A stretch of 64,000 nucleotides of DNA, taken from positions 294,066,001-294,130,000 of the forward strand of contig OZ024743.1 in assembly GCA_964016885.1 (NCBI GenBank), in the 5' to 3' direction. The position numbers and the translations under genes were made by a program. The notes below the pieces were generated by a model. It saw only the letters and a list, made by a program, of their open reading frames with translations. It made no database searches and was not told the DNA's origin. Position 1 is the first letter of the stretch; every line of letters begins with the position of its first letter. The stretch comes from Eledone cirrhosa (taxonomy: Eukaryota). This document shows, one piece after another, positions 14,386 through 27,351 of this stretch.

Positions 14386-14590
14386 AATACACTACATTAC
14401 AAAACATGTTTGGCATGCGATCACCACGGCCAGTGACACCCCTTGATATTTTTATTCACAAACTACGCATATGTCAAACACGCAGACTATAAAACATTCT
14501 GTTGTTAGTCACTGCGTGTCTAACAGATATATATATAGTCCAGAATTAGCCGTCGAAACGGCTTGAGCTCAGCCGTCGGGGTCTTACTTG

Positions 14591-14654
<64 letters not shown>

Positions 14655-15826
14655 TACATCCCTGGTACTGGACGGACATAAAATTATAAACTAACTTTCG
14701 ACAGGATAAATACGCTGAAATAAAAACAACGATAAACCGCTATATTCCTGCAGCATATTGCATTTGCACAGAGGCCTTGAACAGAAGCCCCCTCACTTCC
14801 CCAGATAACAAATCTTTATATGGATAAATTGACAATCACGTTACCCACGTATACCCTCATTTCCATGCTCGTATATGTTTCTCATATATATCTCATATCT
14901 CATTTTACATATGTATATCATTTTGCATCTAAGTATTTTATGTATTTTTTGTATTTTTTGGCGTATTTCATATTTTGTATTTTGTGTTTTGTTCCATCTG
15001 ATAGAGATATTAACTATGCATTCGGCTAATTACTACGTTCCATACTGTAATTTACCCTCCGTTCTACTGTACGGTACTATCGTTCAATATGTGGATAATA
15101 TATCTAATATTGATCCCCCTTTCAAAACTTCTTAAAGTAATTTAAACACCTCCCTATTTATTAGTGATTATATGTACATATATTTCTTTATTTGCTTCAA
15201 TCTAGATTCTAACTTGTAACTTTTTATTTTTTTTTATTTAAAAAATTATTTTTAATTTTTGATTTTTGATTTTTAATTTTTAGTTTTAATTACCAACTCT
15301 CATTCATAATCTTCACTGTGAAAGCATTATACCTAGAAATAAATATATTTTCTCTTAGCGGGCGATGGTCAATTCTACTGTCCATGCTTAATTTAGAGGT
15401 AGTATTGAGACCTATTGATACTCATACACTCCCACCCCCACTGGCTTTCGGCCGGCTAGCAGTAAACTATAACCGTGTCATATTACAGGTTGGATGGGGT
15501 CATTGTTTGGGTGAGGTGGGGGGGGGGGAGACCTGCCTAGGCGTGTTTCGTAGAACTCTGCGGTAGTTGATGGTCAACTTCTTTCGGACCTGCGTCTGCG
15601 CAGACTGGTGGTGGTGGTGGGGGGGGGGGGGGAATTGGGATTCACAAAGGAACGGGCGAAGAACCCAAGAACACACGCTTTGTCCGTTCCCATGTCTATT
15701 CAATTTCGATTGCCTCGGAAACATAACCTTATTATGTGGCCACTGTCGTCATTGAAATATGTATCACAGCATTATCATTAAAGATTTTAACATCTGAAAC
15801 TACTTCGCTTTTTCTTATTCGACACT

Positions 15827-16562
<736 letters not shown>

Positions 16563-17107
16563 TATGTATATATATATATATACATATGTATATATGTATA
16601 AATATATATACATACATACATACATACAATATTAATAGTATATATTAGCAAATTAACGATTCGACGTGATAATCCCCTTTTGTGTTAGGCCTGCCCTGTT
16701 CCAGGTCAATGTTTTCTCCTGCCTGTCAATCGGGACTACGAGGCAGACGACATATTAGATGATATGATTTCTACGTTGTAAATGTGTGACAAATATTTTG
16801 ATATTCAAGCAGGGATAAGTAGTGTCAATGTGCACCGATATTGGCACAGCTGGTATAGCGTCGGACGAAACGCCAAGAGCTCGAAAGACCGATAATGTGT
16901 GCCTTAGGAGCGTATTGCATAGTAGAGCGTAACACAGTAGATAGTGGCATAAACACGGACACTAGCAATATAATGTGCAACTGTAGGATACTTGACTAGT
17001 ACCCATTAAATAAACATTGTCTTATTTAGAACGTAGTATATAAATACATAATAGTCGTACATAATATTATATTCTACTTCTTAGCTGTTACAGTGATGTC
17101 CCTTAAA

Positions 17108-17174
<67 letters not shown>

Positions 17175-17179
<5 letters not shown>

Positions 17180-17910
17180 ATATATTAACGGAGCCATAGA
17201 CTCTCGCCGTTCCCTGTAAATAATGTGCTCAAAGGAGAGGAAATCCTGAGCACTTTAAAATACAAACAATATGTTGAAAAGATAACACACTAGAGAGAGA
17301 TACAGTGTGCTATCAATAAAACAGGGAAAAACCATCAGTGTTTGGAATCTATAACCTATGAAACGCAGTCTATAGACACGATAATTAAAAATATAAATTA
17401 AATCGTAAATAAATACCTCTATAACTATATAACACACGTACAAATCCAAAGTGATCTGTTTCGCCAGTAAGTTGTTGACAGAAATGAAATAACCCAGGTT
17501 CTTTAGCGTGTGTAAGGCTATACATTTCAGACAACACTAAGAACATTTTTAAAGCGACCGTCCATCTACACATGGGAGAGAGAAGTCACAGCGTGTTTAA
17601 GGGCAGTGAACCAGTGGCCCCTGAGGGACGAGCTGCTAGAAAGGGCAGCCTAAAACCACTCAGAGAAGTGTGCTCAACCAAACAGAGAGAGAGGAAAGAC
17701 TGTTATAAGGGGCGAAATATTACGATACATTAACGGAGCCATAGACTCTCGCCGTTCTCTGCAAATAATGTGCTCAAAGGAGAGGAAATCCTGAGCACTT
17801 TAAAATACAATACGTTGAAAAGGTAACACACTAGAGGGAGATACAGTGTGCTATCAATAAAACAGGGAAAAACCACCAGTGTATGGAATCTATAACCTAT
17901 GAAAGGCAGT
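17175..17910. repeat. ~200-bp direct repeats flanking a ~330-bp internal segment
   Basis: 17177-17375 matches 17722-17910 (ATTAACGGAGCCATAGACTCTCGCCGTT...GGAATCTATAACCTATGAAA). Confidence 0.8.
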
Positions 17911-17917
17911 GTATATA

Positions 17918-17953
<36 letters not shown>

Positions 17954-17971
17954 TGTATGTATGTATGTATG

Positions 17972-18179
17972 TTGGAGATGCTACTCATCATGCTTGCCAA
18001 ACATGTGGTAGAGAATGTAAATCAGCAGGAGGACTCAAGCGACATGCAAAAGTACACGAACTCCAACCACAGCCGACTATTCCCAGTAAATGTTTTGGTT
18101 GCCGACTCTGTGCAAGACATTTTAGATCATTGGCTGGGCTAAAAAGCCACATTCGATCGCAGCACTGATAGTTGCTATC

Positions 18180-18212
<33 letters not shown>
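17972..18212 (+). mobile_element. Two C2H2 zinc fingers, then a stop and (GT)n; probable 3' end of an RTE-type LINE
   Basis: CQTCGRECKSAGGLKRHAKVH and CRLCARHFRSLAGLKSHIRSQH*. There is no TGEKP linker, and the fragment is embedded between microsatellites. Confidence 0.55.
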
Positions 18213-18217
<5 letters not shown>

Positions 18218-18296
18218 GCTTATGTGCGTGCGTGTGTGTGTATATATATATGAATATGTATATTATTATTGTTGTTGTCGTTATTATTATTATTGC

Positions 18297-18333
<37 letters not shown>

Positions 18334-18445
18334 GTTATTAATGTATGTGTGTATATATGTGTGAGTGTATGTGTATGTATGTGTGTGTGTATATATGTAT
18401 GTATGTGTATGTATGTGTGTGTGTATATATATGTGTATATATATA

Positions 18446-18484
<39 letters not shown>

Positions 18485-18506
18485 CTTTTCCCTTTTTTTT
18501 TTTTTT

Positions 18507-18551
<45 letters not shown>

Positions 18552-18987
18552 TTTTTATTTATTTATTTATTTTTTTTTTTATTGTGCAATGGCCATACTC
18601 GATAACGAGGGGGCAGCCATCATGTATGTATGTATGTATGTATGTATGTATGCATGTATGTATGTATATATATATATATATATATCGTCCTGATTAATTT
18701 TTCATTCTCTTTTTATCCAATAACAAGTGATGAGATATAAACAAACTGCAAATGTAAAGCCGGTCTGGTCGGACAATATATATAGTTCAAGAAATGACAA
18801 GAAAAACATGGATGCAAAACATATATAAAAATATATAAACATATATAATACGTTTATATACAATAGACATATTGGTAGCTTCGATGCCACAGAAAAAAAT
18901 GTTCCGTAACGAGAAAAATATTTCTCGATTTTCCTCTGTGAGTTGCAAGTGTGTTTTGAGATTGTCATACAGCGCTGTTTCAAGAAT

Positions 18988-19175
18988 ATTGTGGATTGGC
19001 AGTATCAGTAGAGGGTCGGACGCCATGCTTTGCCGCAAAGAGTTATGTCCCTTTACGATCTGAGTTCAAATCCTGCCGAGGTTAACTTTGCCTTTCATCC
19101 TTACGGGGTCGATAAAATAAAGCACCAGTAATGTACTGGGTAATTGCTGGCCTTGTGTCAAAAGTTGAAACAATT
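18988..19175 (+). mobile_element. tRNA-derived SINE (family A)
   Basis: A-box TGGCAGTATCAG, B-box GAGTTCAAATC and the conserved core. Confidence 0.85.
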
Positions 19176-19803
19176 GTTCTTTCATCAGTTACACACACTC
19201 AAACCGTACTGACAAAAAATCGGCTATGGTCTATATACGTGATCATTTGGTGGTGATGCTCATTTGCATATTTATACATACATGCATATAAATGTTATAT
19301 ATACACGATATATGCACAGAGGAAAATAGGGGAAAATAAATTTTTTCCATAAGAAAAAATATTTTCTTCCGCAGTGAGGCTACCCATATGTCTATTGTAT
19401 ATAAACGAATTATGTATATATATTCATATACAACTCTATTATGTTTAACCACTGTCTGAGTGCTACCGCTAATTAGGTATACCACAGCCACGCTCGTATT
19501 ATATACAAATGAACATTTCCAGTCAATATTTCCTATTTGCTATATGCTAATGAGCATTAGCAGCAAATGATCATCACGTAGAATGCTATATAGACCATGC
19601 ATGTGTGCATGTACACATATTTGTATGTATGTGTGCTTAATACATATGTATACATATATACATATTCTACCAAAATAAGATTAAGGATGTCATGTCTGAG
19701 AATATCAGAATCATACGCCTTATCATCTGTGGAATAAGTTCAAAGATTCAAAGTAGTAAATCGGAGCAATTATATTAAATTAAAAGTAGGATGATATATA
19801 TAC

Positions 19804-19859
<56 letters not shown>

Positions 19860-20039
19860 GTATATATATCATCCTACTTATAATTTAATATAAGCATATC
19901 AAACAATTACAGGTGGATAATTTTTAAAGAGTGTAAACACACATAGTTACAGAGGTAATGTATTAAAAATTAACAAGAACCTATATCTATATTCAAGGTT
20001 CTTGTTAATTTTTAATACGTTACCCCCGTAATATATATA

Positions 20040-20275
20040 TAAATGTATGTATTGTATATATGGCAATATACTGTATGTTTAATTAAAAACATTTAGAAGA
20101 CCATTCACTATGAGTTTTAAAGTAGTGACTATGTCACTTACTTAATTCCGGCAAATATTTGCCGAGATTAAGTAAGTGACATAGTCACTACTTTTAAACT
20201 CATAGCGAATTGTCTTCTAAATGTTTTTAATTAAACATACAGTTTATTGCCAAATATACTATACATACATTCATG
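20040..20275. repeat. ~235-bp near-perfect palindrome
   Basis: 20040-20155 is the reverse complement of 20157-20272, centred on CGGCAAATATTTGCCG. Confidence 0.9.
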
Positions 20276-20813
20276 TATACATCGCTATTTCAGAGCATCA
20301 ATACTAATACCATATATATATATATATATATGTCATCCTACTTTTAATTTAATATATATACATATATGAATTTGTAATTCCTCTAACAGTCAGTATAAAT
20401 GACCAAAGAGTGAATGACCTGCCTTTCACCTCCCACCGTCAGTAGACTTACTCTCACACCTCTATCTGTTGCTTGTCAGCGCCAGCGTTCATATAGTATA
20501 CTATAAGCCGGCCAGAACCTGAAATGTCAACGTCACTTCGATGGCACTGGCAGACATATAAAAAGTAAAAACAAAGCATAGTTTATATTTAAACACCTGT
20601 CTAACGACAATGCGTTGGATAACTGTTACATAATGAGATTTGGATGCCATCGAAATGGACATAGCATGCGTGATGTAGTAATCTGAAGTTTTGAATATGT
20701 GAAACCATCTTTTGTCTTCTCAGTATATATATATTTATATATATATAATAAGGAGTTGACGGACCATATATATATATATATATATATTATATATCGCCGT
20801 ATCATCTATAGTA

Positions 20814-20891
<78 letters not shown>

Positions 20892-21293
20892 CATGGTCCC
20901 GTTTCATTTTCCTTGTTATATATACCATACTATAATGCGTATCGCACATTAATATATAAAATACTTTTAGGTCTAATACCCATTAGATAGTAGGCAATAT
21001 CTAAAATTCAAAGAGAAATCTAATTACGATATATCTCTTTTAAGAATTCCTCATGGACATCATTGATGCCGAGAATAGTAATAATATAGAATACACACAA
21101 AACAAATGTGTGAGTGTTTGTGTTTGATTGTACATAAATATTCATATATATATATATATAATACATACACACACACACGCGCGCGCGCACACACACACAC
21201 ACATACACACACACACACTCATATCTATCTATCTAGCTATAAATATATTATTTTATCTCATTTTATTTTTGTATATATATATATATATACATA

Positions 21294-21351
<58 letters not shown>

Positions 21352-22376
21352 CTGCTTTCAAATATGTCATATTTAAAAGGCAACTTTGCACGAGTTTAAT
21401 ACTTTTTTAAAGGATTTTGCCCATTTCTTTATCCGTTCATTATGTTTAGTTTGGAACAAATGAATGCGTTCCTAAATCTATCTGTGTATTAGCATCTTCA
21501 CATTCTTCACATTCCCTGTTGTTACGAACAGAGTGGTCTTACTAGTGGCGTATTGGTCACGTGTTTAATAGTGACCGGATATTATCATGGGAGTGATAGC
21601 AAATCACGGACGCCTGGCTTAAAATCTCTCACCGGTTGAAGCATGGCATTTTCATAATTGGTTTTACGCATACTGTATGTGTGTTAATATTTGATTTCTA
21701 TTTTGATATAAATGACGATTTGTTTCGTGTGAAAGTGACTCATCCATACCTACGAAATACCCTTCACAAGAGTGGAGAAAATGGAGGTTATGTTACCAGT
21801 TTCATTCCAAAATAACTAATTCTCAAGGAGAACTTTACAAAAATTGAGCTTTGTAGCTTTACTTCAAAATCACCAACTCCTTTTAACACCACAGGTGAAG
21901 TAAGTCAAATTAACAAACGTCCTCTAACATATGATTTTCTTGATTCAGAGGGTTTTATTGTGCGCACAAAAGAGCAAAGGGTGACTATAAGGGGAATATG
22001 AAAAGTGAGAAATTGATGAATGTGGTTATAGATATATTGCTAAATATAGAGCCATAACGGTGAGGCATACAGAACAAGTGGATATCCCGCAAAAAATAAC
22101 AAAGGAAAGCAAAATATTTTTATCAGAAGAAATTCGCTACGTTGAGGAGGAGAAGCAACGCGCGACCACTTCAGTACGATTATGAAGTAAATGTAGACGG
22201 ACAACATGGGAGACAGCAGAACAAAGGAAACTGCTGTAGAATAGATTATGGAAACACGGACCTGATTATGTTGTAATTCCTTGAGAACAATGTGTGATTT
22301 GTTACTATTCCAGTCAACATAAGACGGTAGATGTGGAGCAATATATGTGTGGGTGTGTGTGAAAGTGTGTGTGTGA

Positions 22377-22473
<97 letters not shown>

Positions 22474-23137
22474 TGTGTGTGTGTGTCCTTTCTTTCTCCA
22501 TTTTCGTTCTGTGGTGTTTTGTTGCAAATGTTTCCATCATTGGATTTTTGTTTTTGTTTTTGTGGTAGGTGCATCAGTTTATCTGTGAGAAGTTTGCAGC
22601 TATTTGTTGCAGTTCCTTGGAAGAAAGAGTACTTTGAGTGGTTGGCCTTCGCCCTTCTTACAGTGCAATATAGCGGATTCTGAGAGTGGAAGAAAGAGAT
22701 AATTTAAACCCAGTATTTTCTTGGTAATTTGTTTATAGACCCTGATAACAGAAAAGCAATGTTGACCTCTGTGAGATATTCATAATGCTATTTAAGACGG
22801 TACTTGGCTTAAGTTTTTGAATCGCACAGCCTTTACCTGGGAGAGACAGGGTTTTATTTCTCCTAGTGGTTGACGGCAACTTCTTTTTCATTTATGAAGC
22901 ATCATCACCCTATTTTATAAGCTATGTTATAGTATCTCCGCGCAACAGACTGGTATATACAGTCCCGATGAAGGGTAATGACCCAAAAACATGTTGATAG
23001 TTCCTCAATGCCAGTTTTGAACAAACAGGTGACGATCGGTCACCGGCCCAGATTCAAATTGGGCCGTTTGCTTGCAAACGAATCGAACATTATTATTAAT
23101 GTTCGATATAACATATACGTACATATGTATAAGTATA

Positions 23138-23169
<32 letters not shown>

Positions 23170-23389
23170 CACACACCTTTTACATACATATATATATATG
23201 CATGTAAAAGGTAAACAGAAATAACAACTCAATTGGTACATTATATGGAAGGTATATATTAGGTTAACGCTTGATATAGCAGGAAGAGGGTCTTAACGTT
23301 TCTTCACCAGAAGAAAGAATGAGAAATAAAATAGATTGAGGAGACGGGCGGGTTGGAATTGGAAAAAATGTATTTAGATAAAAATAACA

Positions 23390-26300
23390 GGTCTTTTTAA
23401 AGTCCTTCAATATTATATCGAGTCTATTTGCATCTATTTTTCGGTCTGTTTGGATGCTAAAGTTCCACAAGATTGAGATGTGATCTTTTTCAAGTATGGG
23501 AGGTGGTTGATGCTCCCACCAATTCTTCTGATGGGGCAGGTCAAAATGCTTACACTTTATCCAATGTATGTATTGTGCAGCTCTTTCGTGCCTGATTAGG
23601 TATTCGGTTGGAGCTATAGGACTGCACATTGAAATTATATGGTCAATGGTCTCTGGTTGTTTTTTACATACACGGCATAATGGGCTGCATCCATTTTTTA
23701 TTATGTTGGCTTGGTAATTTTTTGTTGGCAGACACTGATCTTGTGCTGATATAATCAGTCCTTCAGTCTCCGATTTCAGTCCAGAGGATGCTAACCACTG
23801 ATGGGTTAAAGTTTTGTCAACATCAGTATTGTTAGCTCGTTCTGGGTATTTTCTGGGTATTTTCCATACAGAGGCTTTTCTTGCCATTTCTTAGCCAGCT
23901 TCTGTAGCAGTTACTTTTACCTGCTTTGCTTTTTCTGTGTTTTCCATTTCAGCAGTAAATGAGACTTCAGAAATTTGTAGTCCATTACTGTATCTTTGTG
24001 CATCTTTTGTAATGGAGTATGATCTTTTGATGCTTTCGTGTTTCAAGACAAGTGATTAATGGTTTTGTCATAGACTTTATATCCATGTTTGGTTTCATTG
24101 AGCATTTTACTTAATGGTATAAGTGCGATGCAGAATAAATGCGGTGATAAAGAGTCACCCTGAAAAATTCAACAATTAATATTAACTTCTCCAGCTTCCA
24201 GTGATTTTGTTTCACTATTCAAAAGAAGTGTCGTTTTCCATGTCTTCATCCTGAATGACAAAAACCTCCTGACAACGGGAGATATTTTGAAAATCTCTAA
24301 ACATTTTTCAATCCAACTGTGTGGCAAACTATCGAATGCTTTTTTATAATCTATTCAAGCAATCGATAGATTTTTGTATCTATTATGACAATCTTCCAGT
24401 ATCATTTTGTTAAGCAAAAGCTGATCCTTACAGCCATATGAGCCTCGTTTACACCCTTTCTGCTCAATGGGAAATAGGTCATTTGTTATCAGGTGGTCAT
24501 ATGTATATTCAGTTAGGACTGATGTTAAAATTTTATACATTGTGGTCAAGCAAGTTATCGGTCTGTAATTTTGGGGATTGTTTGTCTCATCATTCTTCGG
24601 AAGCAGGAATGTAATGCCGTTAACTAGCCATGATGGTATCTTTTCTGCCTCCTTAACTATTTCATTGTAAAGTTGGGCTAACAGATCATAAGACTCTGTG
24701 AAGGCATTTATCCAAACATTTTTGTATTTTGTCTTTTCCTGGGGATTTCCATTTGCTGGTTTTTCTTAGAGCCAAACGCAACTGTTCAACTGTTATATTT
24801 TCCCATATTTGTTCCTCAAGGTGAGCTGTATCTTTCATTTGTCTGTCTATCCATGGAACATGTATGTTATGAACTTTTTCTTCGGCCCAGATCTTTTCCC
24901 AGAATTCTTGCACTTCCTCCTTGGGTGGTATTGATTTAGCAGTTATTGTTGACTTACCAATTTTTCTGTAGAAGTTTCTTTGATTGTTTTTGAACATATT
25001 ATTGTCCTTATAGAATCTAGATCGTTTTTCAAAGCGCCTTATACGAGCAGCTTTGGCCGACACTTTTTGCTTGATTATTTCTATCAGCATGTCTATGTCA
25101 CTTGTTGATTTTATACTGTACTTTCTTTTCAATTTTCTAAGTTTTGTTTAACATGTTCACCTACTTTATAGTTTGTTAAAATTTCTATGTCAGATCGGAG
25201 AAGGTTTATTTGGCGATTGATGTTCTCTTGCCAAGTAGATCACTTGTGGTAATTCCTTTGTTTTTTCATCTTCACTCCACATAAATGAGTGGTGACTTTA
25301 GCCGATGCATACTAGAGATGATTTAAATCAGTAATGTTTAGTTTGTTTGTGATGATAATATTTTTGAAAATTATGTTAGTCTTGTGTATTATCTTTTGGT
25401 TCTGTTTGGAGTTCTGGATCTTAGGGAGGGTGTCTCGTTCCCCCATGTCAGATTCTTTCATTTTCATCCATTCGATCATAATTTCATCCTTCAATTTGGC
25501 AAGTTCATTCTCATTCATTTCTCTATCATTTACGATCTCATTGTTTTCATTTGGAGTTTCCTCTTGAGCATGCACTCCCTCCACTTTTCCGATCCTTTCT
25601 TTAATTTGTTCTGTTGCCAGTGATTCCGCCCCAACCCTGGGATTCGAAGTGTTACAATTTACCTCGTTTACACTGACACATGTTTCATTTTCACTTCGCT
25701 GACTTTGTGCTAATAGCTTGATCTGATCAATTTCTATATCAGTTAGTAACTTTTTTTTACAATATTTCTTCGTATATTGGCTAGTTTGTTACTGTCAATA
25801 TAGCCTCTGTTTTCGGGATGTTTCTTTTTCCAGTTGATATATGTCTGTTCTGTATTCGATGTATTTGATGGGTAGTACATGGCAGTGTAGAAAGCCTCAA
25901 GGACTTCTTTATTATCTTCCCTTGACCATTTTTCTCTCTTTTTCTTTGGATTTCTTGGTGGTGAGCATGGAGGATCAACAGTAGGAGTATTCCGGTTATG
26001 GGAGGTCTCCAGCTCCGAAGTGATGGGAAGGTTTGAACCATTAGCTGATTTTTCGACCCCAGTTTGGTTCCTCTCTGAGCGACGCGGCCCTTTTTGACCC
26101 GGGTGACGGCCGATCCGGCATGATATTTTATCATTAGACATTTACTTTATTTTGTCGCATTTTATCCTTATCCACCAAGGGGTAATCATTTCGAGTTACC
26201 ACTTCTAGGACGAGTGTCAACCAAGACTAGAGGGGTCGTCCTCCTCTAGAGACACGGCTATTCCCCACCGGCCGCTATCCCGGTATTTCTTGGTCACGGG

Positions 26301-27285
26301 GTTTTCTTTTTTGTTGTTTTTAAATTGTTATTATCATGAGTGGTTCCTTAATGTGAGCATTGCGTGGCTTAAGAATGAAATTATTAATAATATAATATAT
26401 TTTTGCTGAAGTTGCCTGTTATTGTTGTTGGCTATGTCGGTGGTGGTGCTGGGGCTTTTTCTATTGTTGGTGGGGAAGGGGGAGCCAGCAGTACCATAAT
26501 CTTTGACGTTTGGCCGGTGGCCGGGTCACTAAGTCAATCTATTTATATCTTTTGCTAGCCTCTCCCTTGTCTAGTGATACCGCCACCTTCCCCTTTCTTA
26601 AGTTAACAGAAGGTAATGGGGGAATAGTGGTGGTAGCAATGAAGGAGTGGTGGCGGCGGTGATGGGATAGTGGTGGCAATGATGGATGGAGTGGTGGCGG
26701 CGGTGACTATAGTGATGGCGTTGTCGTTACTGAGTGTTGTTGAATAGGCTAGTTTTGTTTGATCTGTGTATCTGTGCGTTTGTCGCGTATGTTTAATATA
26801 TGTGCTCACATATTTTCTTAATATTCGAATTAAACATTTTGTTAAAACTTGAGACAATGATAATAGTAATTATTATTATTATGCTGAGATTGGTGGTGGT
26901 GGTGGTAAAATTGCCGTTATCTGGCTGTTGTATTTAGTGTACACAGAGGGGTGATGGGGTAGGTGGTGTATCTAGTTTCTGGTGTTGGTGAAATTGCTGT
27001 TATTTGGCTGTTCTGTATAGTGTAGACAGAGGGGGTTTTCTTCCATTTCTAACCATTTTCTTTTTTGAATATAAAATGTATAATACAAAATTGAATATTT
27101 GAGCGATATAACAATATTTTATGGATCCGAATTTTTCTGAGACTTGAGTCGGGTGCTTTATGTATCATTTGTACTAGGAATTGTTATTTCACAATTGATT
27201 TAAATATGTTAAAAATTAAAAACTTACGGGAGCGATTTCATGACCTTCTATCCACCACGTGCGTCTTCATCCCTTCTTCTTCTTC
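23390..27285 (-). mobile_element. R4/Dong-like RLE non-LTR retrotransposon, family 2; 5' end intact, internally deleted, 3'-truncated
   Basis: ORF pieces 26141-25743, 25584-25312, 25132-24686 (WKSPGKDKI), 24549-24050 (RT) and 23887-23390 (CRVC..HIISMC, RHE, WNFSIQTD..RLDI). The YMDD segment is deleted at ~24050. Confidence 0.88.
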
Positions 27286-27300
27286 TTATCATTATTATTA

Positions 27301-27350
<50 letters not shown>

Positions 27351-27351
<1 letters not shown>

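Larger units (their letters stand above)
6523..14527 (-). mobile_element. Decayed autonomous-type Helitron (Rep-helicase-USP), ~8 kb
   Basis: The minus strand starts A|TCTGTTAG at 14527. It ends with the hairpin TATCTGCACA-T-TGTGCGGATA (6530-6550) followed by TGGCTAG (CTAG 6523-6526; the next base is C rather than the canonical T). Rep and PIF1 motifs are collinear inside. Confidence 0.8.

Noticed and set aside
17972-18168. Host C2H2 zinc-finger gene exon
   Set aside because: Only two fingers, no canonical linkers or splice sites, and a stop followed by a microsatellite tail. An RTE-type LINE 3' end fits better.
21700-21906. Possible host exon ending in a GTAAGT donor
   Set aside because: No convincing acceptor, open frame or recognisable peptide.
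22958-23000. CCGATGA-AGGGT..ACCC-AAAAAC hammerhead-like string
   Set aside because: Both conserved core boxes are mutated; at most a dead remnant.
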